From: an uncultured Gemmatimonadaceae bacterium
GTDB lineage: Bacteria; Gemmatimonadota; Gemmatimonadetes; Gemmatimonadales; Gemmatimonadaceae
Assembly (NCBI GenBank): GCA_963843845.1
Contig: CAWJMB010000002.1
Location: 1,984,001 to 2,048,000, forward strand
Direction: 5' to 3'
Length of the DNA: 64,000 bases
The notes beneath the pieces are model-generated. The model was not told the origin of the DNA and did no database searches. It saw nothing but the letters and a program-made list of their open reading frames with translations. A program made the translations under genes and the position numbers. Below are positions 49,167 through 59,112 of this stretch, one piece after another (the stretch's first letter is position 1; the number at the start of each line of letters is the position of its first letter).

Positions 49167-50764
49167 AGATGGAGTCCGGGGAGTGGGGCAGTCTGACGAC
49201 TAACGGACGTGCGCTCGGCGACCGCGGCCGAGGTGCCACTCACCATCTCGACGATGCGCGCCGCGGGGCCTTCCACGCGCCGCAACAGCGCGCCGGGCGC
49301 GACGCCGAGCCAGATGATCGCCACGGCGAACACCGCCATGACCGCGAGCTCGCGACGGTCGAGATCGCGGAGCGCCGCGTTCTCCGGGTTGTCGAGCGGA
49401 TTGAAGATGACGCGCTGCAACGCCCACAACAGATACACGGCGGCGAGCACCACTCCCGTCGTCGCGATCACCGTCGCGATCGGGAAGCTGCCGTACGAGC
49501 CGAGCAGAACGAGGAACTCGCCCATGAAGCCGTTCGTCCCGGGGAGACCGAGCGTCGACAGCGAGACGAGGGTGAGCATCGCGGCGAACAGCGGGATCAC
49601 CCGCGCGATGCCCCCGAAGTTGCGGATGAGTCCCGTCTTCCGCCGATCGTGCAGCATGCCGACGAGCAAGAACATCGCGCCGATCGAGATGCCGTGGTTC
49701 ACCATCACCATGATCGCGCCCTGAATGCTCGCAACCGTGAGCGCGAAGATGCCGAGCATCACGAAGCCGAGATGGCTCACCGACGCGTACGAGACGAGCT
49801 TCTTGAAGTCCGGCTGCACCATCGCGACGAGTGCGCCGTACAGGATCCCGACGACCGAGACGATGACGATTCCCGTCCGTAGCGTCGGCTGCAACGCGGC
49901 GGCGGGAAAGAGGGGGAGCGCGAACCGAAGCAGCCCGTACGTCCCCACCTTCACGCCGAGCGCCACGGCCGCCGTCGTCGGTGCCTCGTGTTGCGCGTCC
50001 GGCAGCCAGGTGTGGAAGGGGAAGAAGCCGCTCTTCACGACGAAGGCGAGGAAGAACGCCGAGAAGAGTGCGATCTGTCCCGTCGGCGAGATCGACGTGC
50101 GCGATGCCGCGATGAGCGTATCGACGTCGAAGGAGGTCGAGCCGCCGGCGATCCAGAGCACGACGATCGCGACGAGCATGAGCAGCGAGCCGAACGTAGT
50201 GAACAGGAAGTACTTGAGGCTCGCCCGCGTCCGCCGGGCCCCGCCCGAGACCCCGATCATGAAGTACATGGGGATGAGCACCAGCTCCCAGAACACGTAG
50301 AACAGGAGCAGGTCGAGCGAGACGAACACGCCCATGATGCCGGTGAGCAGGATCAGCAGCAGGCCGTAGTAGCTGCGGATCTTGCTCGTGACGTTCGACC
50401 AGCTTCCGTAGACGGCGAGCGGCATCAGTAGCGCCGTCATGACGATCATGACGAGCGAGATGCCGTCGACGCCGAGGGAGATGCGGGCGCCCCAGTCCGG
50501 GATCCACGGCAGCGTCACCGGCGCCTGCCACGCCGCGCTCGCGGGGTCGAACACGATCCACAACCCGATCGCGAGGACCGCCTCGCCGATCAGCGTGATC
50601 ATCGTGAGCACCCGTACGTCCCGCCACGACGCGAAGCTCGATTCACGTCCCACGACGGCCGTGCGGCCGAGCATGAAGATCAGCATCGAGCCGATCGCGG
50701 GCCAAAATAGCAGCGCCGGCAGCACCCATGTCGACAGGTGCGCGGCGCCTAACAGATCACGCAT
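49082..50764 (-). CDS. nuoM: NADH-quinone oxidoreductase subunit M, second divergent copy (true 3' end may be near 49200)
   Basis: [38 protein letters not shown]; full-length ORF. Confidence 0.9.
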   Translation of the reverse strand: [560 protein letters not shown]

Positions 50765-50791
50765 CGAGCGGCTGGAAGGAGACTGCGGGCG

Positions 50792-52993
50792 TCACCGGAA
50801 CGCGACGGCGCCGATGAGCACCACCGCGCCGACGGCCACGACCCACGCGTAGTTGGAGACGTTTCCGGTCTGGATCCGCGATCCGGCCCACGACACGGCG
50901 CGGACGAGCCCCGCGACGCCGTTCACGAAGAAGCCGTCGATCAGGCCGGCGTCGAGCCCGCGCCACAACAGCTTGCGCGACAGCGCGATCGTCGGCTCGA
51001 CGATGAGTCGCCGAACCCCCTGGTCGACGTAGTAGGCGTTCTCCGCCGCGTCGCCGAGCCGCGCCTGGTGAACGGCCTCCGCCTCACGCTTCGGGAGCAG
51101 CGCAGCTGGCTTGAGGCGCACGACCGCGAATGCGATCCCGAGTACCGCCGCAGCGATGGCGGCACCGACGAGCGCGTACTCGGTCGATTGCGGCAACGCG
51201 GCCTCGCCCCCCGCGAGCGCGGCCGTGGACCGCTCGACCACCGGCGCCAGCCACCGGTCCAGCACGTCGACCGGGCCGAGCGCGTGCGCGAAGTGCGGCA
51301 GGTTGAGCCACCCGCCGAACGCCGAGAGCAGACCGAGCACGACGAGCGGCGCCGTCATGAGCCACGGCGCCTCGTGCAGATGCGCGCGCGCGTGCTCCCC
51401 CGTTCGGTTGGGCCCGTGGAACGCGTAGAGCATCATCCGCGACATGTAGATCGCGGTGATGAGCGCCGTGAGCAGGCTGACGCCGTAGACGACGTACAGG
51501 ATCGCCGAGCCCGGGATGCCCAACACGTGCAGCTCAGCCATCGGGCCATGACGCGCCCGCTCGAAGACCGAGCCGAGGATCAGGTCCTTCGAGAAGAACC
51601 CCGCGAAGGGCGGCACCCCCGAGATCGCGAGCGTCGCGACCCACATGAGCGTGAACGTGACAGGCATGAAGCGCCGGAGGCCGCCCATGTTGCGCATGTC
51701 CTGCGCGTCGTCGTGCGAGTGCGTGTGGTGATACGCCTCGTGCATCGCGTAGATCACCGACCCGGCGCCGAGGAACAGCAGTGCCTTGAAGAATGCGTGC
51801 GTCGCGAGGTGGAACACCGCCGCCGAGTACGCCCCGACCCCCGCGCCGACGAACATGTAGCCGAGCTGGCTCACCGTGGAGTACGCGAGCACGCGCTTGA
51901 TGTCCCACTGCTTCAAGCCGATCGTCGCTGCGAAGATCGCCGTCGCCGCACCGGTGACGGTGACGAGCAGCGATGCAGCCGGCGCGAGGGCGAACAGCGC
52001 GCCGCTCCGCGCGATGAGATAGACGCCCGCCGTCACCATGGTCGCCGCGTGAATCAGCGCCGAGACGGGGGTCGGGCCGGCCATCGCGTCCGGCAGCCAG
52101 ATGTAGAGTGGGAGCTGGGCGCTCTTCCCGGCACAGCCGAGGAACAGGAAGAGGCAGATCGCCGTGACCACGCCGCCGCCCAGTGGGAGGAGCGCCGCGC
52201 GTTCGGACACGGTGACGAAGTCGAGCGCGTTCAGATTCACCGACATCAGGAACATCGCGATGAGGATCCCGAAGTCGCCGACACGGTTCACGACGAACGC
52301 CTTCTTCCCCGCGTTCGCGTTCTGCTCCTCGCTGAACCAGAAGCCGATGAGCAGATACGAGCAGAGGCCGACCCCCTCCCACCCCACGAAGATCACCGGG
52401 TAGCTCGCGCCGAGCACCAGGATCAGCATGAACGCGACGAACAGATTCAGGTACGCGAAGTAGCGCGAGTACCCGGGGTCCGTTCGCATGTAGCCCACAC
52501 TGAAGATGTGGATCAGCGTGCCGACGCCGGTGATGATGAGCGTCATCAGCATCGACAGCTGGTCGAGCTGGATGCCCCACGTGATGCGCAGGTCGCCGGT
52601 CGGTATCCACTCCGCGAAGTTCTGCACGAACGGCCCCGCCTCGGCGAGCCGGTCCCCCGCGCGGAGCATCGCGACGAAGATCGCGAGCGAGAGCACGAAG
52701 CACAGACCGATGATGGCGGGGCCGAGGAACGACGAGATACGGTTGTAGCGCGCGTGGAAGCGCTCCGTCTCGCGGTCGTACGCTTCTTCGTGCGCCATGT
52801 CGGTGTGACCGGCGTCGACGTCGTGCGACGGGTCGTCGGGACCGGCATGGTAGACCGGCGCGAGCGAGAGCGCGCCGTTCACGATGAACCCGAGAAGCGG
52901 CAGGAGCGGCAGCAGCCATGCCCATTCGGCGACCGTGCCGGCGAGCGGGTGCGCCCCGGCTTCGGCAGCGGCCTGCAACAGCGCGAGCGGCAT
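50792..52993 (-). CDS. nuoL: NADH-quinone oxidoreductase subunit L
   Basis: GWEGVGLCSYLLIGFW, KSAQLPLYIWLPDAMAGPTPVSALIHAATMV, HAFFKALLFL, QTG.V.NY. Confidence 0.96.
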   Translation of the reverse strand: MPLALLQAAAEAGAHPLAGTVAEWAWLLPLLPLLGFIVNGALSLAPVYHAGPDDPSHDVDAGHTDMAHEEAYDRETERFHARYNRISSFLGPAIIGLCFVLSLAIFVAMLRAGDRLAEAGPFVQNFAEWIPTGDLRITWGIQLDQLSMLMTLIITGVGTLIHIFSVGYMRTDPGYSRYFAYLNLFVAFMLILVLGASYPVIFVGWEGVGLCSYLLIGFWFSEEQNANAGKKAFVVNRVGDFGILIAMFLMSVNLNALDFVTVSERAALLPLGGGVVTAICLFLFLGCAGKSAQLPLYIWLPDAMAGPTPVSALIHAATMVTAGVYLIARSGALFALAPAASLLVTVTGAATAIFAATIGLKQWDIKRVLAYSTVSQLGYMFVGAGVGAYSAAVFHLATHAFFKALLFLGAGSVIYAMHEAYHHTHSHDDAQDMRNMGGLRRFMPVTFTLMWVATLAISGVPPFAGFFSKDLILGSVFERARHGPMAELHVLGIPGSAILYVVYGVSLLTALITAIYMSRMMLYAFHGPNRTGEHARAHLHEAPWLMTAPLVVLGLLSAFGGWLNLPHFAHALGPVDVLDRWLAPVVERSTAALAGGEAALPQSTEYALVGAAIAAAVLGIAFAVVRLKPAALLPKREAEAVHQARLGDAAENAYYVDQGVRRLIVEPTIALSRKLLWRGLDAGLIDGFFVNGVAGLVRAVSWAGSRIQTGNVSNYAWVVAVGAVVLIGAVAFR

Positions 52994-53289
52994 CAGCCCC
53001 TCAGCAGCTTGATGTTCCCGAGGTCGACCGTGCCGAAGTGCCGGAAGACCGCGATCACGATGGCCAGTCCGACCGCCGCCTCGGCCGCGGCGACCGTCAT
53101 CACGAAGACGACGAAGACCTGCCCCAGCGTGCCGCCGTGCAGCTTCGCGAGCGCGATGAAGCTCAGATTCACGGCGTTGAGCATCAGTTCCACGCACATG
53201 AACAGAATCAGCGCGTTTCGCCGTGTGAGCACACCGACGACGCCGATCGCGAAGAGGATCGCGCTGAAGAACAGCGCCTCGGCGATCAT
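52993..53289 (-). CDS. nuoK: NADH-quinone oxidoreductase subunit K
   Basis: [25 protein letters not shown]. Confidence 0.96.
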   Translation of the reverse strand: MIAEALFFSAILFAIGVVGVLTRRNALILFMCVELMLNAVNLSFIALAKLHGGTLGQVFVVFVMTVAAAEAAVGLAIVIAVFRHFGTVDLGNIKLLRG

Positions 53290-53798
53290 GCGTCGAGTCT
53301 CCGTTTCGCGAGGACCACCGATCCGACGACGGCGATGAGCAGCAGCACGCTCGTCAGCTCGAAGGCGAGCAAATGGTCGGTGAACAGTACCTGCGCGACC
53401 GGCGCGACAGCGTTCGACTCGGGCACGTCCGCCGGCATGACCTCGGGTATCCTGCCGTTCGTGAGAACCAGGAGCTCGGCCAGCATCACGACCGCGACGG
53501 CGGCGGCGCCGAGGCGCACGCGGTTGTTCCGGAAGTCCGCGACCGGCCCGGCGTCGCCGAGGTTCAGCAACATGACGACGAACAGGAAGACGACCATGAT
53601 CGCGCCGGCGTAGACGAGCACCTGCACGACGCCGACGAACTGCGCGTCGAGCATCACGTACAGGGCCGCGAGCGAGAACATCGTGTTCACGAGCCAGAGC
53701 GCGGCCGCGACGGGGCTCTTCCGCGTCACGAACAGAATCGCCGACGCGACGGCGATCACACCGAACAGATTGAAGTTGAACTGATAGAAGAGGCTCAT
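53286..53798 (-). CDS. nuoJ: NADH-quinone oxidoreductase subunit J
   Basis: [29 protein letters not shown]. Confidence 0.95.
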   Translation of the reverse strand: MSLFYQFNFNLFGVIAVASAILFVTRKSPVAAALWLVNTMFSLAALYVMLDAQFVGVVQVLVYAGAIMVVFLFVVMLLNLGDAGPVADFRNNRVRLGAAAVAVVMLAELLVLTNGRIPEVMPADVPESNAVAPVAQVLFTDHLLAFELTSVLLLIAVVGSVVLAKRRLDA

Positions 53799-53802
53799 CG
53801 CG

Positions 53803-54300
53803 TCACTCGCCGAGCGGATCGGCCGGATCCCACATCTCGCACACGGGGTGTGTCTGCGCCGTCAGCCGCTCAAGGTCGTAGACGAAGCCGTCGCGGCTGT
53901 ATTCCGCGTTCTCGTAGTGCCGCCCGACGTGGATCGCCTCCTCCGGACACACCTCCTGGCAGTAGCCGCAGAAGATGCAGCGGAACTCGTCGATCTCGAA
54001 GATGAGCGGGTACCGGTTTCCCTGCTCGTCCTCGCCCGGCACGAGCTTGATGCAGTTCGCGGGGCAGACGGTCGGGCAGAGGCCGCAGGCGACGCACTTT
54101 GCCTTGCCGGTCTCCGTGGTGAGCATGCGGTGCGTGCCGCGCCACCGCCGCGAGATCGCGAGCTTCTCCTCGGGGTACTGCGACGTGACGGTGTGCGGGT
54201 GGACCAGATGGCTGAACGTGTGGGCGAGCCCCTTCAGCGTCGCGCGCACATAGCTCACCTGCTCGATCGGCCGGTCGACGACCTTGACGGTGATGGCCAT
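53803..54300 (-). CDS. nuoI: NADH-quinone oxidoreductase subunit I
   Basis: CVACGLCPTVCP and CIFCGYCQEVCP 4Fe-4S motifs. Confidence 0.96.
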   Translation of the reverse strand: MAITVKVVDRPIEQVSYVRATLKGLAHTFSHLVHPHTVTSQYPEEKLAISRRWRGTHRMLTTETGKAKCVACGLCPTVCPANCIKLVPGEDEQGNRYPLIFEIDEFRCIFCGYCQEVCPEEAIHVGRHYENAEYSRDGFVYDLERLTAQTHPVCEMWDPADPLGE

Positions 54301-54301
54301 G

Positions 54302-55588
54302 TCAGTCCCCCGCCTCGCCCACGGCCTGCAAACGTCGCGTACTGATCGCGCGCAGCTCGGCGAGCTGCCGATCGGACATGCGGCCGTACGCGGGGCTGAT
54401 GAGACGCCCGCGATCGAGCACGAAGAACACGAGCGCGAGCATCACGACGTTCAGCAAGAACAACGACCCGGAGAACACCCAACCACGCTGGTAGCCGAGG
54501 CTCTGGAGCGCGAGCACGGCCCCAGCCACCACGATGATGTACGTGAGCGCGAGCGGGAGCATGAACTTCCAGCCTAACGACATCAGTTGGTCGTACCGGA
54601 AGCGCGGCAGCGTCCACCGCACCCAGATGTAGAAGAAGCAGAAGAACCCGGTCTTCAGCAGGAACGACGCGAGCGTGGCGAGCGTCTTCCACACGCTGTA
54701 CGGCGCCGCATTGTCCCACGTCAGGAACGGGATGTCCCATCCGCCGAAGAACAGCGTCGTCATGAGCGCACTCGCCGTCACCATGTTCGAGTACTCGGCG
54801 ATGAAGAACATCGAGAACTTCATCCCGCTGTACTCCGTGTGGTAGCCGGCGACGAGCTCGCTCTCCGCCTCCGGCAGATCGAACGGCAGCCGATTCGTCT
54901 CGGCGAACGCGGCGACGAGGAAGATGAAGAAGGAGACGGTGAGCAACACGATGTTCCACCCGTCGCGCTGCTGCTGGGCGATGACGTCCTTGAGGGCGAC
55001 GTTCCCGACGAGGAGCAGGATCGGAATCGTCGACATCCCCATCGCGATCTCGTACGACACCATCTGCGCGCTCGAGCGGAGACCGCCCAACAGCGCGTAC
55101 TTGCTGTTCGACGCCCACCCGGCGAGCACGATCCCGTAGACCCCCAGCGACGCGACGGCGAGGATGTAGAGAAAGCCGACGGGGATGTCCGCGACGACCA
55201 TCGGCACGAGTCCCCACGGCGTCGGGAGCGGCGCAGCGAAGGGGATCACCGCGAACGTCATGAGCGCAGGAATGAAGGCCATCGCCGGCGCGAGGATGAA
55301 CAGCGGGGTGTTCGCCGCGTCCGGATACGTCTCCTCCTTCATGAAATTCTTGACGCCGTCTGCCGCGGGCTGCAGCACGCCACCGATCCCGACGCGGTTC
55401 GGCCCGAGGCGATGCTGAATCCACGCCGAGATCTTCCGCTCCGCGAGCGTCAGATACGCGACGACGACGAGCAGTACGGTGAACACGGCGAGCATCTTGA
55501 CGACGCTCGACACGAAGAACGAGCCATTCCCCTCCGGCACCACCTGCGGGTCGAACGCCTGCAACAGCATGAGGGTCGGCACCATCAT
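54302..55588 (-). CDS. nuoH: NADH-quinone oxidoreductase subunit H
   Basis: ERK..A.IQ.RLGPNRVG, AETNRLPFDLPEAESELVAG, PRFRYDQLM. Confidence 0.96.
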   Translation of the reverse strand: MMVPTLMLLQAFDPQVVPEGNGSFFVSSVVKMLAVFTVLLVVVAYLTLAERKISAWIQHRLGPNRVGIGGVLQPAADGVKNFMKEETYPDAANTPLFILAPAMAFIPALMTFAVIPFAAPLPTPWGLVPMVVADIPVGFLYILAVASLGVYGIVLAGWASNSKYALLGGLRSSAQMVSYEIAMGMSTIPILLLVGNVALKDVIAQQQRDGWNIVLLTVSFFIFLVAAFAETNRLPFDLPEAESELVAGYHTEYSGMKFSMFFIAEYSNMVTASALMTTLFFGGWDIPFLTWDNAAPYSVWKTLATLASFLLKTGFFCFFYIWVRWTLPRFRYDQLMSLGWKFMLPLALTYIIVVAGAVLALQSLGYQRGWVFSGSLFLLNVVMLALVFFVLDRGRLISPAYGRMSDRQLAELRAISTRRLQAVGEAGD

Positions 55589-57174
55589 GCGCTGACCTCC
55601 GTGAGCGCCGGCTGCGCCGCGAACCGCGCAGCGTCCGCGATCGGCGCTCCCCTGAGTCCCAGCGTGTCGTACGTCATCCCTGCGAAGCTCGGGTGCGCCA
55701 CCGCCAGAGCGGCGAATGCGTCCCGGGCCGAGTAGAAGCCGTCGCCTTCGCCGAGTGCAGCGAGCAGGTCCCCCAACACGTACCACGCCGGCCGCGCGAG
55801 TCCGGGGCCCGCCTTGGCCTGCGTGTAGCGCTGCACACGCCCGCGCACGTTCGTGAAGGTTCCCTCTTCCTCCGTCATGTTCGTCGTCGGCAGAACGACG
55901 TCGGCGCTCGCCGCCCACTGCGGCTGCACCGTGCCGACGACGATGATCGTCACCCCGTTCGGCACCACGACGTCGCGCGTCCGGAGCTCCTCGTCGGCGA
56001 CGAGCAGCACGTCACCCCACGTGAGACCGCCTAACGGATCGTCACTCCGATCGAAGCCGAACAGCTCGGCGCCGACGACGTTGGCGGCGCGCTCGGCACG
56101 CAGCGCGAGATCGGGGACGCCTGGCAGCGGGGCTTCCTCGCCGGTCCGGACGGTGAAGGTGCCACGCCCACCGACGCGCGCCGCGATGCGCGCGACGAGA
56201 TGCAGCGCCTCGTTCGACAGCATCGGCGAGACCAGCGCGCGGACCGGCCGGCCGCTCTGGAGGATCGACGCCGCCGCCTGCAGTGCGAGCTCCCAATCGA
56301 CCGAGGCGAGCGCACCGTTCACTCGCGCATACGGCAGCTCGATCCGGTCGCGCCGCTCGAGCCAGCGGTAGTCGAGTCGCCCCTCGTCACACAGAAAGTA
56401 CTTGTTGACGTCGTCGTTCGGCCGCGGCCGCATCCGCACCACGGTGCCGTCACGCGTCTCCACGATGCTGTTGCACCCCTGTGTGCAGTTCGGGCACACC
56501 GACGCCGCGCGATCCAGCTCCCACGCGCGCGCTTTGTTCAGGAAATCCTTCGACAGCAGCGCGCCGACCGGGCACAGATCGATGACGTTCCCCGCCCACG
56601 CGTGGGTCAGATCGTCCTCGACGTGCTTGCCGATCGTGGCGCGGTCGCCGCGCTCGCTGACGTTCAGGACCGGCTCCTCCGCGAGCGTGTCCATGAACCG
56701 CACGCAACGCGTGCAGAGGATGCAGCGGTTGGTGACGTACACGACGTCACCACCGAAGTCCTCGACGGGATTGAACCGCTTCGGCTCCTCGTACCGCGAC
56801 TCGGCGCGCCCTTCCTGGAACGTGTAATCCTGCAGCTCGCACTCGCCGGCCTGATCGCAGATCGGGCAGTCGAGCGGATGGTTGATGAGCAGCAGTTCGA
56901 GGACGCCCTTCCGCGCCTCGAGCGCCTTCGCCGTGTGTACGTGCACGACCTGCCCGTCGGCGACCGACGTCGCGCACGACGGCGCGAGCTTCGGGAACTT
57001 CTCGACCTCGACGAGGCACATGCGGCACACCCCCGCGACGGGCAGGCCGGGGTGATAGCAGTAGTGGGGGATGAGAATCCCCGCTGCCTTCGCCGCCTCG
57101 AGAATGCTCGTGCCCTCGGGCACCGTCACGGCGCGCCCTTCGATCGTCAGCGTGACCTGCTTCGCGTCTGCCAT
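55585..57174 (-). CDS. nuoG: NADH-quinone oxidoreductase subunit G (short, about 529 aa)
   Basis: CYH..L...G.CRMC, NHPLDCPICDQAGEC, RCILCTRCVRF, CPVGAL, CPNCTQGC. Confidence 0.93.
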   Translation of the reverse strand: MADAKQVTLTIEGRAVTVPEGTSILEAAKAAGILIPHYCYHPGLPVAGVCRMCLVEVEKFPKLAPSCATSVADGQVVHVHTAKALEARKGVLELLLINHPLDCPICDQAGECELQDYTFQEGRAESRYEEPKRFNPVEDFGGDVVYVTNRCILCTRCVRFMDTLAEEPVLNVSERGDRATIGKHVEDDLTHAWAGNVIDLCPVGALLSKDFLNKARAWELDRAASVCPNCTQGCNSIVETRDGTVVRMRPRPNDDVNKYFLCDEGRLDYRWLERRDRIELPYARVNGALASVDWELALQAAASILQSGRPVRALVSPMLSNEALHLVARIAARVGGRGTFTVRTGEEAPLPGVPDLALRAERAANVVGAELFGFDRSDDPLGGLTWGDVLLVADEELRTRDVVVPNGVTIIVVGTVQPQWAASADVVLPTTNMTEEEGTFTNVRGRVQRYTQAKAGPGLARPAWYVLGDLLAALGEGDGFYSARDAFAALAVAHPSFAGMTYDTLGLRGAPIADAARFAAQPALTEVSA

Positions 57175-57190
57175 ATGGTGTCGAGGGCGA

Positions 57191-58546
57191 TCAGACCACC
57201 GTCGGGGCGGCGGCGAGGCGTGCCGCGCCGGCCACGTTGCCACCCGCCATGCTCACGACGTTCGGCGACGACCGCAGCTTCGCCTCGAACTCGTGACGGA
57301 ACTTCTGGATCCCGGACACGACCGGCGTGGCGCACGAGTCGCTCAGTACGCAGATCGTCTTCCCCGTCATGTTCTCCGCGATCGACAGCAGCGTGTCGAG
57401 ATCGCGCGCATGCCCGTTGCCGCCGGCGATCCGCTCGAGAATCTTCGTCGTCCACGCCGTCCCCTCGCGGCACTGCGTGCACTGCGCGCAGCTCTCGTGG
57501 GCGTAGAATCGACAGAGCCGCGCGATCTGACGCACCATGTCCTGGCGGTCGTCGAACACGATCACGCCACCGGAGCCGAGCATCGAGCCGGCCGCGATGA
57601 AGCCTTCGTAGTCCATGATCGCGCCGCGTGACTCCTCGGCCGTCAGGATCGGCACCGACGAACCGCCGGGGATCGTCGCCTTGATCTCGCGACCGTTCGG
57701 CGCGCCGCCGCACACGTCCCACAGGAACTCGCCGAACGGGAATCCGAGCGTGACCTCGTAATTCCCCGGCCGCGCGACGTTGCCGCACACCGAGAACAGC
57801 TTCGTCCCCACGCTCTTCGGGTTGTCCGGCCGACCGAACTGCTTGTACCACTCCGCGCCGTTGTTCAGAATGTGCGGCACGGCGGCGAGCGTCTCGACGT
57901 TGTTGATCGTCGTCGGCTTCCCGAACAGGCCTGCGACGGCCGGAAACGGGGGCTTGATGCGCGGATTGCCGCGGCGCCCTTCGAGCGAGTTCATGAGCGC
58001 CGTCTCCTCGCCACAGATGTAGGCGCCCGCGCCCTGATGCACGTGGACGTGCAGCGTCTTGCCGGTGCCCATCACGTTCGTGCCGAGGATGCCGGCCGCG
58101 TACGCCTCCTGGACCGCCGCACGCACCTGCTCCAGCGGCTCCGTGAACTCGCCGCGGATGTAGATGTACGCGGTGTCGGCGTAGATCGCGTAGGCGCCTA
58201 ACGCGCACCCTTCGACGAGCGCGTGCGGCGTCCACCGCATGATCTCGCGGTCCTTGAACGTGCCGGGCTCCGACTCGTCCGCGTTGCAGCAGAGGTAGTG
58301 CTGCTTGCCGTCGGGCTTCATGAAGCTCCACTTCACGCCCGTCGGAAAGCCTGCGCCGCCGCGCCCGCGGAGTCCGCTGTCTTTCACCACGTTCTGGATC
58401 TCGACCGGATCCATGCCTAACGCTTTCTCGAGTGCGACGTACCCGCCGCGCTCGCGCCAGCCGGCGAGTGAACGCGCCGCCGGGTCGCCGAAGTGCTTCG
58501 AGAGGACCGGCGTCTCGCGCGGGTGGCTCGGGTGCGGATAGCCCAT
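57191..58546 (-). CDS. nuoF: NADH-quinone oxidoreductase subunit F
   Basis: GRGGAGFPTG, NADESEPGTFKDR, GAYICGEETAL, ESCAQCTQCREG. Confidence 0.96.
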   Translation of the reverse strand: MGYPHPSHPRETPVLSKHFGDPAARSLAGWRERGGYVALEKALGMDPVEIQNVVKDSGLRGRGGAGFPTGVKWSFMKPDGKQHYLCCNADESEPGTFKDREIMRWTPHALVEGCALGAYAIYADTAYIYIRGEFTEPLEQVRAAVQEAYAAGILGTNVMGTGKTLHVHVHQGAGAYICGEETALMNSLEGRRGNPRIKPPFPAVAGLFGKPTTINNVETLAAVPHILNNGAEWYKQFGRPDNPKSVGTKLFSVCGNVARPGNYEVTLGFPFGEFLWDVCGGAPNGREIKATIPGGSSVPILTAEESRGAIMDYEGFIAAGSMLGSGGVIVFDDRQDMVRQIARLCRFYAHESCAQCTQCREGTAWTTKILERIAGGNGHARDLDTLLSIAENMTGKTICVLSDSCATPVVSGIQKFRHEFEAKLRSSPNVVSMAGGNVAGAARLAAAPTVV

Positions 58547-58557
58547 GCGCGTGGCGC

Positions 58558-59112
58558 TCAGCCTAACGACGCGAGAATTTCGGGAACGCGCTCCGGCGTC
58601 ACCGACTCGATGAACTGCTCGTTGATCATGATCGGTGTCGCGAAGCCGCACGCGCCGAGGCACTCGACTTCGATGACAGTGAAGCGCCCGTCGTCCGACG
58701 TCACGCCGAGCTCCCCGCAGGCGGTCTCACGCAGGAACGCGTTCGCGACGTCCTCCGCCCCGCAGACGTGGCACGGCGTGGTGGTGCACACTTGGATGAA
58801 GTGCCGACCGACCGGGTGCTGGTGGTACATCGTGTAGAACGTCACGACACCCTTCACGTACGCCGGCGTCAGCTCGAGTCGCTCGGCGACCTCGGCCATC
58901 GCGGCGTCGCTCACCCAGCCACGCACGCGCTGCACGATCCACAGCGCCGGGAGCAGCCCGGCCATCTTCGTCGGGTAGCGCGTGAGCAGCTCGTCGAGCT
59001 CCGCGCGCTCGGCACTTCCGGCGACGAACACGGGCGCGTACGGCTCGTCGTGGCCGTGCCCGCCGGCGGCCGCTGACGGCGCGAGTCTCGGCGTCGAAGG
59101 CCCGTGGCTCAC
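58558..59112 (-). CDS. nuoE: NADH-quinone oxidoreductase subunit E
   Basis: TFYTMY, CTTTPC and ECLGAC 2Fe-2S ligands. Confidence 0.94.
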   Translation of the reverse strand: MSHGPSTPRLAPSAAAGGHGHDEPYAPVFVAGSAERAELDELLTRYPTKMAGLLPALWIVQRVRGWVSDAAMAEVAERLELTPAYVKGVVTFYTMYHQHPVGRHFIQVCTTTPCHVCGAEDVANAFLRETACGELGVTSDDGRFTVIEVECLGACGFATPIMINEQFIESVTPERVPEILASLG

